Source of the DNA: Minisyncoccia bacterium
Lineage (GTDB): Bacteria > Patescibacteriota > Minisyncoccia > Phycocordibacterales > CALRBL01
Assembly: GCA_038230075.1 (NCBI GenBank)
Contig: JBBRNV010000005.1
Location: forward strand, 14,071 to 78,070
Length of the DNA stretch: 64,000 nucleotides
Direction of reading: 5' to 3'
Of the stretch, positions 54,923 to 64,000 are shown piece after piece. Both the position numbers and the translations under genes were made by a program. The notes under the pieces were generated by a model. That model saw nothing but the letters and a program-made list of their open reading frames with translations. It had not been told where the DNA came from and made no database searches. Numbering within the stretch: the stretch's first letter is position 1; every line of letters starts with the position of its first letter.

Positions 54923-55786
54923 TTGATGTTAATTGTATCATACGCAATGAAAAAGATATTCTTCATTTTTGTCTACATTTTTGCCTTCATCGGCTTCTTT
55001 TTTGTTGCTGTTTTTTTTGCTTTGAAACTAGGCTTAACCAAAACGGCCGGTATTATCGATTTTCAACGTGAAGCATTTTTAAAAGAACAAAACACTTCTT
55101 CAACAAGCACTCAAGGAGAAGCTTCTGCTGACTTTTCATACATTCAAGGGACTACAGAATGGAACACTTTCAAACTGTCTGTGTTAAAAGACACAGGAGT
55201 ACTTTCTCGAGTAAGCGCCACCACAAATGTACCCTCTCGATTAATAGTTTCTGTTCTCGCTTCTGAACAACTGCGTCTTTTCTTCACCGACAGAGAGGTT
55301 TTTAAGCAATTTTTCTCTCCTCTTAAGATTTTAGGTAATGAAACCCAGTTTTCATGGGGTGTCATGGGGGTCAAAGAAGAAACAGCCGTGGCAATTGAGC
55401 AAAATCTCAAAAATCCAAACTCTGAGTACTATTTGGGGCCTGAATATGAGCACTTGCTTGATTTTAAGGCCACAGATAAGTCTGGAATTGATCAGGAACG
55501 CTTTGCGCGAATCACCGAAGAGCATGATCGTTACTATGCATACCTTTATGGAGCACTCTTTATTAAAGAAATTGAGAAACAGTGGCGTACCGCAGGTTTT
55601 GATATCTCAAAACGACCTGAAATTATTGGAACTTTATATGATTTGGGTTTCCAGAAATCACAACCCAAAGCCAATCCTCAAATTGGAGGTGCTGAAATCA
55701 ATATCGACGGAAAGATTTGGAGTTTCGGAGGCCTTACCTACGATGTTTTCTATTCAAATGAGATGATAGATGCCTTTCCTCAATAA
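54923..55786 (+). CDS. Hypothetical membrane-anchored protein
   Basis: N-terminal TM (IFFIFVYIFAFIGFFFVAVFFAL); no domain. Confidence 0.45.
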   Translation: MMLIVSYAMKKIFFIFVYIFAFIGFFFVAVFFALKLGLTKTAGIIDFQREAFLKEQNTSSTSTQGEASADFSYIQGTTEWNTFKLSVLKDTGVLSRVSATTNVPSRLIVSVLASEQLRLFFTDREVFKQFFSPLKILGNETQFSWGVMGVKEETAVAIEQNLKNPNSEYYLGPEYEHLLDFKATDKSGIDQERFARITEEHDRYYAYLYGALFIKEIEKQWRTAGFDISKRPEIIGTLYDLGFQKSQPKANPQIGGAEINIDGKIWSFGGLTYDVFYSNEMIDAFPQ

Positions 55787-55809
55787 AAACAGAGATTTCT
55801 AAATGAGGA

Positions 55810-56313
55810 TTAAATGCCAAGTATTCGAAAAACTGCAATTCCTGTAGCGATTGCCACATTCAGAGACTCTTTTTCACCTCTCTGGGGAATTTCTATGACT
55901 TCATCACAAATATCGAGTGTTTCTTGAGGAATCCCAAAGGGCTCGTTACCTATCAACAATACAGTTGGATGTGAAAGTGAGAGTTTGAAGTCTTTATAAT
56001 CGATAGAATCTTTTGATTGTTCAAGAGCCACAAGACAGTATCCTTGGTTTTTAAGACTTATCATAAGATCAGTAGTTTTCCCTTGAGAAAAAGGCACTGT
56101 TTTTTCTGAACCAAGTGAAATTTTTGAAAAATCTTTTCGACTTCTTCCAAATCGATCAATGGGGGCCGGAGTGTATCCTCCTAAATAAATATGTGAAATA
56201 CCTGCACAATCAGCAATACGAAAAATCGAAGCGACATTTTGAACACTTCGAATATCATCAAGTAGGAGCACGAGCGAAGATGAGGTTTGGGGGCTGGAAT
56301 CCTTTTTCATCAT
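55810..56313 (-). CDS. SpoU/TrmH-family (SPOUT) RNA 2'-O-methyltransferase
   Basis: LLLDDIRSVQNVASIFRIADCAGI...LLIGNEPFGIPQETLDICDEVIEIPQRGEKESLNVAIATGIAVF matches TrmH motifs. Confidence 0.8.
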   Translation of the reverse strand: MMKKDSSPQTSSSLVLLLDDIRSVQNVASIFRIADCAGISHIYLGGYTPAPIDRFGRSRKDFSKISLGSEKTVPFSQGKTTDLMISLKNQGYCLVALEQSKDSIDYKDFKLSLSHPTVLLIGNEPFGIPQETLDICDEVIEIPQRGEKESLNVAIATGIAVFRILGI

Positions 56314-56330
56314 TGTGTTATACTCTTTTT

Positions 56331-56738
56331 ATGCATTTTGTGAATCCCCTCCCATTTCTTCTCGACTATGGAATTTTCGTTCCCCTCTTTCTTCGAGTGA
56401 TTGTTTCTTACTTTCTTTTAACAACATTTCTTCTTCTTGGAAAAGTGAAGTCTGAGCAAACTGATCCAACAAATGTTACCTCATTTAGTTTTATCGAAAA
56501 CAATATTGTTGTTTCTATCATTCGATTTTGCATTCCTTTCATTATTGTTCTCGTGCTCGTTGGCGCATTCACTCAAATAGCCGCAATACTTTCAATTATT
56601 ATTTTCATCGGCATGTCACTTCTTCAAGAAACAAAACTTTTTCCTGTTGGGAAAACTTCTTTTCTCATTCTTATTGTCATTGCGGTTTGCCTTCTTGTAT
56701 CAGGAGGTGGACATTACGCCCTTGATTATCCCTTGTAG
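56331..56738 (+). CDS. DoxX-like small membrane protein
   Basis: Four TM helices; C-terminal GGGHYALD. Start moved to the internal Met to remove overlap with trmH. Confidence 0.5.
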   Translation: MHFVNPLPFLLDYGIFVPLFLRVIVSYFLLTTFLLLGKVKSEQTDPTNVTSFSFIENNIVVSIIRFCIPFIIVLVLVGAFTQIAAILSIIIFIGMSLLQETKLFPVGKTSFLILIVIAVCLLVSGGGHYALDYPL

Positions 56739-56841
56739 TTAAAACACCCGATTTCCAAAAGGATTTTGATTTTCAAGGATTTTTTGTTAGTATCGCTCGT
56801 ACAGATATGTTGTGTGATTAAGACCCCAGAATGTTAGCAAT

Positions 56842-56914
56842 GCACCCGTAGCTCAGTCGGTAGAGCTGCTCCCTTTTAAGGAGAAGGTCGCAGGTTCGAT
56901 TCCTGCCGGGTGCA
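56842..56914 (+). tRNA. tRNA-Lys (anticodon UUU)
   Basis: GCACCCGTAGCTCAGTCGGTAGAGC...loop CTTTTAA...GCAGGTTCGATTCCTGC-CGGGTGC-A; no encoded CCA. Confidence 0.75.
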
Positions 56915-57061
56915 CAACTTAAGTAGATGAGGTTTGGAAAAATGTAGCCTCTCAAGAAAACCTCTTTGTTGTTAAGATCTTGAACAAAGAATTCTTTTTT
57001 TCAATAAACTTTTCAGAACAAAAAAACAGACCTTATGCCATAAGTCTGTTATACTTTATTA

Positions 57062-57799
57062 ATGATCAAATTTAATGAAGTGACTTGGTATTCAAAATTA
57101 TTAGCGGTTATTTTATTTATTGCATTGCTTCCCATTCTTACGTTCTATATCGGAACTGAGTATCAGCAAGCAGTTGATATTAATAACAACATTCCTTCTG
57201 TAAGTGAATCTTCTTCTGTAAAAACAAACGTTGCTGTAAGTGGTTCAACTGGAAGTAGTATGTCGACGGGAGTTTATACAAACGCAACATATGGATGGAG
57301 CTTTCATTACCCAACTAATTGGAAAGTGGCAGAAACTGCAAATGGAGGCGTAACAGTTTCAGCAAATATCGCAGTGGCCACATCAGCGGTTAATGTTAAG
57401 CAGCCAGCAATCTTAGCAATTACAATTACATCTGTTAAAAAGACTGCTTTTGCTCCTCTAAAAACAAAAGTTGGAAATATTGGATACGACGCTGCTCTTG
57501 GAGCACTTGTGGACTCTTCAGGACAATCACAACGATGTTTGCCTTACACACCTTTCTTAGGACGAAATAATGTTATTAAAGGATTCCTCTATGGTGGAAG
57601 TAATATGTCAGATCCTGCCTACTTAAACTACGCAATCCTCACCAATAAAGATTACATGGTTCTTATGCAAACTGAAGACTACGGAGAAACAAACAATGAG
57701 AAGCTTCGATTAGAAGCTGAAGCTGGTCAGCAAAAGATATTTGACTCATTCAAACTTACAGCTGGCACAGATGCCATTGTTCCTGCTTGCTCACAATAG
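57062..57799 (+). CDS. Hypothetical secreted/anchored protein
   Basis: N-terminal TM, Ser-rich linker; no domain. Confidence 0.45.
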   Translation: MIKFNEVTWYSKLLAVILFIALLPILTFYIGTEYQQAVDINNNIPSVSESSSVKTNVAVSGSTGSSMSTGVYTNATYGWSFHYPTNWKVAETANGGVTVSANIAVATSAVNVKQPAILAITITSVKKTAFAPLKTKVGNIGYDAALGALVDSSGQSQRCLPYTPFLGRNNVIKGFLYGGSNMSDPAYLNYAILTNKDYMVLMQTEDYGETNNEKLRLEAEAGQQKIFDSFKLTAGTDAIVPACSQ

Positions 57800-58513
57800 T
57801 TAGATTCTGTTTAAGATAAATCGCTCGAGCGCCACTTCAAACTCATTTCTTCCTCGGTGCGCGTCGTGATATATCATCACTAAGTCATCCGCAATATTCA
57901 CAAGTTCACTTTCCTTAAAGTTCTTTGAATACTGGGATGCTTTTTGGTATACAAACGGACTTAGTCCTGCATCTTGTGCATTCTTAAGCTGACTAGCTAA
58001 TACAATAGCTTTCACCTGCCACCACAAAATACCGTGGATTTCTTCTGAAGCTGCCAGTGTTTTCGCAGTTTGGTAAAGGGCCCACAAGTCTCCCTTCTTT
58101 CGCTGACCCAATGCTTCTGCCAATGAAAATAAATTAAATACTTCTTTTTTCTTTTCAATCTTACTTACCACTTGTATCTTTTCTGCAACCTTTTCTATTT
58201 TTGTGAGAGATGTTTTATCTAGCTCAGCCTCAATAAACACAAAAGCATTTTGTGATGATTGTAAATCTTTTAATCGTTCAATCACCTGCCCTTTGGCTTC
58301 TTTATTTTCCCACACACCCCGTAAAGAAATGATGAACTTTTGTTCAAATAAACCCTGAGACTCAATAAACTCTTCAAACCGCCCTGCATCCCAATCACCA
58401 CCATGCATGGTAAATACTTCAGCATCGGGTCTCTTTTTTCGAAGCACGTTCACAAGATTTCTTCCTTTACTAATCAGATTGTCGGTGTCGTTTCCGTGAA
58501 TGAAGAAAAGCAT
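57800..58513 (-). CDS. holA: DNA polymerase III delta subunit-like protein (short HolA candidate)
   Basis: N-terminal MLFFIHGNDTDNL resembles the HolA start (YLFYGEE-like). Alpha-helical C-terminus. Location next to polA. Weak. Confidence 0.4.
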   Translation of the reverse strand: MLFFIHGNDTDNLISKGRNLVNVLRKKRPDAEVFTMHGGDWDAGRFEEFIESQGLFEQKFIISLRGVWENKEAKGQVIERLKDLQSSQNAFVFIEAELDKTSLTKIEKVAEKIQVVSKIEKKKEVFNLFSLAEALGQRKKGDLWALYQTAKTLAASEEIHGILWWQVKAIVLASQLKNAQDAGLSPFVYQKASQYSKNFKESELVNIADDLVMIYHDAHRGRNEFEVALERFILNRI

Positions 58514-58520
58514 GCCAATA

Positions 58521-61013
58521 TTAAAGCATTTTTTTAAGTGATCCCCAATTCTTTCCCTCGCCTGAGTTTGCCAAGATTGGAACTCCTTTCGATTGTTCTT
58601 TGGTAAGCACTCCTTCCATTATCTTTTTGATTTCTGGAACCACCTCTTTAACCACCTTCTCATTAATTTCATAGACCAACTCATCGTGCACTTGAAGAAT
58701 AAGTGAAACCTTATCTTTCAAAGACTCTTTTTTTAAGTATTCATCAACTCGAAACATGGCAATTTTGATAATGTCACCCGTAGCAGTTCCTTGAATAGGT
58801 GCGTTTATTGCCATACGTTCAGCACTTGCGCGAATAAATGGAAGTGGTGATTTGATTCCTGGAAAGAATCTTCGCCGTCCAAACAATGTTTCAGTAAAGC
58901 CTGTTTTAACAACACCTGCTTTTACATTTTCTAAGTAATCAGCAAGTTCAGTAAATTCTTTAAAGTACACATCATAAAATTGTTTTGCCTCATCGCGCGT
59001 TCCACCAAGATTAAGTCGAAGTGCATTCACTCCCATTCCATAAAGAATTCCGAAATTAATTACTTTTGCCTTTCGTCGCATTTCACTTGTAACATCTTTA
59101 ATGGCAACATTAAACACCTGACTCGCAACAGCAGCGTGAACGTCTTCTCCATCTTTAAAAATCTTAATCATTTTTTTATCACCTGAAAGTACCGCTGCAA
59201 TTCGAAGTTCAATTTGTGAGTAGTCGAGAGCAACCAACACATTGCCTTTTTCTGCGATAAAAGCATTTCGAATAACTCGTCCGAGATCTGTTTTAATAGG
59301 AATATTCTGCAAATTAGGGCTCTGAGAGGCCATTCTACCCGTAGCAGAACCTGCCTGAAGAAATCGTGCGTGTAAACGATTGTTATCATCTACTTGAGTC
59401 GGCATTGTGTCTATATACGTACCGAGTAGTTTTGAAAGTTCTCGATGTTCAAGTACCAAAGGAATGATTGGATGTGAGTCTTTCAACTTTTCTAACTCGG
59501 ATTCTTTTGTTGAACGTGCACCGCCTGCTGTTTTTTTCAAACCCTTTGCTGTCAATGCCAACGTATCAAACAAAATTTCACCGAGTTGCTTTGGAGATGC
59601 AACATTAAATTCTACACCAGCCAATTTCCAAATTTGTTTTTCGATTTCTGAAAGTTTTTTATGATACTCAACTGAAAGTTCTTTGAGATAATCGCAATCA
59701 ATTTTTACACCCTTGTCTTCCATTTCTTTTACAATGGGAATAAGCGGAAGCTCAATATCTCGGTACACTCGATCGAGATTATTAACTCTAACTCGATCTT
59801 CAAGAGAAGAAAGAGCTTGTGATGCTGTTTCTGCTTTTGCATATTCCAAAATGTCATCAACTGTTGGATTTGAATAATTGGAATCAAGCACCCACAAAGC
59901 AAGTGCTGCTTTTTCATACTCAGGAGAAATACGAAGACCAGCCTCACCAAACATATTTTTACTAGTTCCCTCAGGCCCATCTCCCTCTTCTTTCTTCTTT
60001 TTCGCAACCTTTTTCTTTGGCGCTTCTTTTTTTGAAGAATCTTTATCACTCTGAGAATCGGACTCAGCCTCAACAACTTGACCACCAATCTTTAAAAGAG
60101 ATTGCTTAACTTTTTCACCAAGTGTTCGGAATTCAACAGTTTTAAAGTACGCTTGTACCTTATCAATAGAAATAGATTCTCCAATAGTTTTTTCAGGTAA
60201 TTTAAAGGTGATAGGAGCGTCTCTTGTAATTGTTGCGAGCATTTTACTAAACAAAGCTTCGTCTTTATGTTCTTTAAGTAAACCAATCATTCGTTCAGAA
60301 ACACCAACCTTAATAAACTTTTCATCTCCTCCTTTTGACTCGAGTGTTTTATACATCTCCTCAAGAGTTCCGAAATTTGTAATAAGTGTTGTTGCAGTTT
60401 TTTCACCAACCCCTTTTACACCAATTATATTATCTGACGGGTCCCCTCTTAATCCTTTGTAGTCTGGAATGAGTTCCGGACCAAAATTAAATCGTGCGCG
60501 AACGGCATCTTCGTCATATAAAACAGTATCTTTGAGGCCTTTTTTGAGTGTGTAAACTTGCACACGCTTTCCATCAACAAGTTGAAGGGTGTCCATGTCG
60601 CCCGAAGCAATAATGACCCGAATAGGTTTTCCTTTTAATTCTTCAGCAATAGTTCCAAGCATATCGTCTGCTTCAAAACCTGCTTTGTCATAAAGTGGAA
60701 TATCGAATGCCTTGAAAAGCTCCGGGGCTTGTACAATTTGATTGATGAGGGCTTGATCTGTTTTTTGTCTTCCCGCCTTATAGTCTTTATATACTTTATG
60801 GCGATGAGTTTTATCAGGAAGATCGAAGGTGGCAACAATATAATCAGGCTTGAACTTATCGATCAATGATACAAGCATAAGAGAAAGGCCATAAAGAGCA
60901 CCAGTTGGTTCACCAGAAGACGTAGTGAATTCAGGAAGTGCGTGGTACCCCCGATGCAAAATAGCGTGAGAATCGAGTAAAACTAAGACTTTTTCTTTGT
61001 TTTCTGGCTTCAT
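58521..61013 (-). CDS. polA: DNA polymerase I (5'-3' exonuclease + polymerase domains)
   Basis: N-terminal 5' nuclease (LLDSHAILHRGYHA...), polymerase motifs (RRKAKVINFGILYGMG; QVHDELVYE). Confidence 0.95.
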   Translation of the reverse strand: MKPENKEKVLVLLDSHAILHRGYHALPEFTTSSGEPTGALYGLSLMLVSLIDKFKPDYIVATFDLPDKTHRHKVYKDYKAGRQKTDQALINQIVQAPELFKAFDIPLYDKAGFEADDMLGTIAEELKGKPIRVIIASGDMDTLQLVDGKRVQVYTLKKGLKDTVLYDEDAVRARFNFGPELIPDYKGLRGDPSDNIIGVKGVGEKTATTLITNFGTLEEMYKTLESKGGDEKFIKVGVSERMIGLLKEHKDEALFSKMLATITRDAPITFKLPEKTIGESISIDKVQAYFKTVEFRTLGEKVKQSLLKIGGQVVEAESDSQSDKDSSKKEAPKKKVAKKKKEEGDGPEGTSKNMFGEAGLRISPEYEKAALALWVLDSNYSNPTVDDILEYAKAETASQALSSLEDRVRVNNLDRVYRDIELPLIPIVKEMEDKGVKIDCDYLKELSVEYHKKLSEIEKQIWKLAGVEFNVASPKQLGEILFDTLALTAKGLKKTAGGARSTKESELEKLKDSHPIIPLVLEHRELSKLLGTYIDTMPTQVDDNNRLHARFLQAGSATGRMASQSPNLQNIPIKTDLGRVIRNAFIAEKGNVLVALDYSQIELRIAAVLSGDKKMIKIFKDGEDVHAAVASQVFNVAIKDVTSEMRRKAKVINFGILYGMGVNALRLNLGGTRDEAKQFYDVYFKEFTELADYLENVKAGVVKTGFTETLFGRRRFFPGIKSPLPFIRASAERMAINAPIQGTATGDIIKIAMFRVDEYLKKESLKDKVSLILQVHDELVYEINEKVVKEVVPEIKKIMEGVLTKEQSKGVPILANSGEGKNWGSLKKML

Positions 61014-61525
61014 TTGGCCATTATACCATCCTCAACTTTTTCGAATACAAAATGTCGAGTTGTCTCATTTACATGTTCAATAGTCAATTTAAAGAAGTAT
61101 TTGGGTAAAATATCAACAATTTTTTCTGGCCATTCAATCAAAATAAGATTGTGAGCATCATTCAACATAAATGAGAAACCAAGTGTTTCCATTTCTTTTC
61201 CAGAATCAAGTCGGTATGCATCAATATGCACCAAATCAGAGAATCTTGAAGTGAAGTCGGCGTTAGTAATCTGATACCGTTTAAGAATAACAAACGTTGG
61301 ACTTGTTACAGTATCTTTCACACCAACAATTTCAGCAACTGACTGAGTAAAGATAGTTTTCCCGGCACCGAGATTTCCTGAAAGAGCTACCACCACAGCC
61401 TTTTGATCATTAAGAGAAGAAAAACCACCAATAGCTTTTAAAACTTGTGCAGCAAATTCTTTTGTTTCGGCTACACTAGTCGTTGTTGCTTCTATTTTTT
61501 GAAAGATTTGTTCGTTATCAGACAT
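61010..61525 (-). CDS. tsaE: tRNA threonylcarbamoyladenosine biosynthesis protein TsaE
   Basis: ALSGNLGAGKTIFTQ Walker A and SPTFVILKRY motif; 4-nt overlap with polA. Confidence 0.85.
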   Translation of the reverse strand: MSDNEQIFQKIEATTTSVAETKEFAAQVLKAIGGFSSLNDQKAVVVALSGNLGAGKTIFTQSVAEIVGVKDTVTSPTFVILKRYQITNADFTSRFSDLVHIDAYRLDSGKEMETLGFSFMLNDAHNLILIEWPEKIVDILPKYFFKLTIEHVNETTRHFVFEKVEDGIMAK

Positions 61526-61593
61526 ACGTTGATTGTATATGGTTTTGGCAAGATTAAAAGGTTTATAAAAAAGTAATTGTCCCCTCCCATGAT

Positions 61594-63309
61594 ATGCGTA
61601 TCTGCGGTACTATATATGAAATGATTCATTTTGATGAAGAAAAGCAAATAAAAAAGTTTGACGAACTTCGCCACGAAGAACAAGAAGAGTTAGCAAAAGC
61701 ACTTGCTGACAAATATGGCGTCGAATACGTAAACTTAAGTGGAATTTCTATTAATACAGACGCTCTTCGCCTTATTCCAGAAGCAACAGCTAAAGAAAGT
61801 AAAACAGCGGCCTACAATATAGTTGGAAAGAGAGTGTCGGTAGCCACTGTTTCTCCACAAAGTCCTAAAGTAACAGAGGTTGTGCAACAACTTCGAGAGA
61901 AAAACTATGAGATAACAGTTTTTATCTGCTCTGAGGAAAGTCTGATTAAAGCCTGGAGTAGGTATAAAGATATTTCTTTTGCCAGTGAAACAAAAGGAGG
62001 GTCTCTCGATATTTCAAGTGATGAAATCGAAGAGTATGTAAAAAAAGTTCACAGTATCAACGACATCAAAACATCTATTGGTGAAGCACTCGCAATGAAA
62101 CGAAGTTACCGAGTATCTAAAGTGATGGTAATTATTTTTGCGGGCGCACTCTCTGTTAGTTCTTCCGACATTCACATCGAACCTGAAGAAACATTTGCTC
62201 GAATTCGATACAGACTCGACGGGGTGCTCACTGATGTCATTGAATTTGATACTGAAACATATAATTTGATTCTTTCTCGAATCAAACTTCTTTCGAATCT
62301 TAAATTGAACGTGAAAGACAACGCCCAAGACGGACGATTCAGTATTAAAATTTATCAAGACGATATCGAAATTAGAACATCAGTTATTCCTGGAGCATAT
62401 GGAGAATCAATTGTGCTTCGAATCCTTAATCCAAAATCTCTTTCTGTTTCACTTGAAGAAATGGGTATTCCGGAAAATCTTTATAATATTTTGATTCGAG
62501 AAGTTGAAAAGCCTCAAGGAATGATTCTAACCACCGGCCCAACAGGTTCTGGAAAAACAACAACATTATATTCGTTCTTGAAACGAGTAAAATCTCCGAT
62601 GATTAAAATTATTACCATTGAAGATCCTATTGAATATCACCTTCCTGGAATTACTCAAACTCAAGTTGAAGCACACAAAGGATATACATTTGAAAATGGG
62701 CTTCGTTCGGCACTTCGACAAGACCCCGATGTCATCATGGTTGGAGAAATTCGAGACAATGAAACAGCGAGAACCGCTATCGACGCCTCGCTCACAGGTC
62801 ACCTTGTATTTTCAACACTTCACACCAACTCTGCGGCTGGAGCATTTACACGCTTAATGGATCTTGGGGTTAATCCTCGAATCTTACCTTCAGCGGTAAT
62901 GGTTGCCATTGGTCAACGACTCGTTCGTCGACTATGTCAGACATGTAAAAAGAAAGTTGAAATTCCTGCAGAGAAAAAAGATGTGATCAAAGCAGTTGTT
63001 GAAAGTATTAAAAATAAAGAAGCAGATAAGAATTTACTACTCGGCACACTCGACACAGAACATATGTATGAAGCTGTAGGATGCCCACTGTGCAACGGAA
63101 CAGGATATAAAGGACGAGTAGGAGTATATGAAGCAATTCTCGCCGATAAGCAAGTCGAGTCAATCATTCGAGAAATGCCGAGTGAAAGAGAAATTGAAGA
63201 AGCTGCATCAAATCAAGGAATCATGACCATGCGACAAGATGGAGTTATTAAAGTATTAAAAGGCCTCACCTCTTTGGTTGAACTTGAGCGAGTTGTTGAA
63301 GTCTACTAA
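61594..63309 (+). CDS. pilB: Type IV pilus assembly ATPase PilB / GspE family
   Basis: GSPII_E N-terminal domain, Walker A (GPTGSGKTTTLYS), Asp box and His box; C-terminal tetracysteine motif (CQTC...CPLCNGTGY). Confidence 0.85.
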   Translation: MRICGTIYEMIHFDEEKQIKKFDELRHEEQEELAKALADKYGVEYVNLSGISINTDALRLIPEATAKESKTAAYNIVGKRVSVATVSPQSPKVTEVVQQLREKNYEITVFICSEESLIKAWSRYKDISFASETKGGSLDISSDEIEEYVKKVHSINDIKTSIGEALAMKRSYRVSKVMVIIFAGALSVSSSDIHIEPEETFARIRYRLDGVLTDVIEFDTETYNLILSRIKLLSNLKLNVKDNAQDGRFSIKIYQDDIEIRTSVIPGAYGESIVLRILNPKSLSVSLEEMGIPENLYNILIREVEKPQGMILTTGPTGSGKTTTLYSFLKRVKSPMIKIITIEDPIEYHLPGITQTQVEAHKGYTFENGLRSALRQDPDVIMVGEIRDNETARTAIDASLTGHLVFSTLHTNSAAGAFTRLMDLGVNPRILPSAVMVAIGQRLVRRLCQTCKKKVEIPAEKKDVIKAVVESIKNKEADKNLLLGTLDTEHMYEAVGCPLCNGTGYKGRVGVYEAILADKQVESIIREMPSEREIEEAASNQGIMTMRQDGVIKVLKGLTSLVELERVVEVY

Positions 63310-63312
63310 CAA

Positions 63313-64000
63313 TTATAGAAGGTTTGGTTTTTCTAAACCGAGATGAAGATATCCGCGAGTGGTCACTTCTCGTCCTCGAGGTGTTCTTTCGAGGAATCCG
63401 AGTTGCATCAAATAAGGCTCATTAAACTCTTCAATAGTTGCTTGTTCTTCACCAAGTGCTGCAGCAAGTGTACTTAAACCAACTGGCCCTCCATTAAATT
63501 TATGAATAATAATGTCGAGAATACTTCTATCTGATGCAGTGAGGCCTTCTTGATCAATTTGCAAAAGACTCAATGCCTCATCAACAATTTCTTTACTCAG
63601 AGTAGATTTTTTAACTTGTGCAAAATCGCGACACCGCTTCAACAAAAAGTTTGCAGTTCGTGGGGTGCTTCTACTTCTTCGAGCAATTGCTTCTACTGCA
63701 TCATTTGATAATGCAAATCCTAGTATGGCAGCTGATCGAGTTAATATGTGTTCAATTTCTTTATTTGTATAAAATTCTAATTTAAACACTCCTCCAGAAA
63801 ATCGAGAACGAAGTGGTGATGAAATAAGAGCAATACGTGTTGTTGCAGCAACGAGTGTGAATGAAGGAAGTTCAAGTTGAATCGTTCGAGCAGAAGGACC
63901 TTTTCCAATGATAATATCGAGCACCCCTGATTCCATTGCTGGATAAAGCACTTCTTCAATCGCCTTATTCAGACGATGAATTTCATCGATAAACAAAATG
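63313..64000 (-). CDS. ruvB: Holliday junction helicase RuvB (C-terminal two-thirds; N-terminus beyond window end)
   Basis: FIDEIHRLNKAIEEVLYPAMES (sensor-1 region), TTRIALISSPLRSRF, winged-helix C-terminus. Confidence 0.9.
   Translation of the reverse strand, partial: ILFIDEIHRLNKAIEEVLYPAMESGVLDIIIGKGPSARTIQLELPSFTLVAATTRIALISSPLRSRFSGGVFKLEFYTNKEIEHILTRSAAILGFALSNDAVEAIARRSRSTPRTANFLLKRCRDFAQVKKSTLSKEIVDEALSLLQIDQEGLTASDRSILDIIIHKFNGGPVGLSTLAAALGEEQATIEEFNEPYLMQLGFLERTPRGREVTTRGYLHLGLEKPNLL

Overview
This is a low-GC (~35-40%) chromosomal segment with standard genetic code, compact gene organisation and few recognisable Shine-Dalgarno sites. The mix of type IV pilus genes (pilM/N/O, pilB), giant tail-fibre-like surface proteins, a small metabolic repertoire and many tRNAs looks like a reduced-genome, possibly CPR/episymbiont-like bacterium. 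That taxonomic reading is inference only.

The backbone carries housekeeping genes. These include an argS 5' fragment; a contiguous thymidylate/folate cluster (tmk, glyA, dCMP-deaminase-like, thyA-family, dcd-like, folA) followed by a GC-rich HD-domain gene; secE-nusG-rplK; folD; a DsbA/DsbB pair; a sigma factor with putative anti-sigma; zupT; LPS/cell-wall glycosyltransferases; rplS; rluA; pilMNO; ruvX; rpsT; ruvA; fpg; trmH-like; holA-like; polA; tsaE; pilB; a ruvB fragment; and 8 tRNAs.

The most notable locus is a ~5.4 kb insertion abutting the 3' end of tRNA-Ser(UGA), at about 38734-44132. It is bounded and internally partitioned by two different pairs of long (~135 and ~167 bp) near-perfect inverted repeats. 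One pair brackets a large serine recombinase gene and duplicates its last ~45 codons. The other pair brackets a three-gene operon: a 104-aa unknown protein, a 66-aa XRE-type HTH, and an 876-aa Mrr_N + DUF262 + DUF1524 + AlbA_2/Schlafen-like nuclease that resembles GmrSD/type IV restriction enzymes. The recombinase module and the cargo have clearly different base composition and codon usage from the host.

Other points of interest:
- The thyA-family enzyme carries an Asn-to-Asp change at the pyrimidine-specificity position.
- A 28-bp perfect hairpin overlaps the rplK stop codon, next to the GC-rich foreign HD-domain gene.
- A 2276-aa surface protein has tail-fibre-like repeats, near-identical internal DNA repeats, and an endosialidase-type intramolecular chaperone domain.
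- A GT4 glycosyltransferase is split at an A7 tract.

All coordinates of RNA genes, repeats and refined CDS starts were counted by hand and may be off by 1-2 nt.
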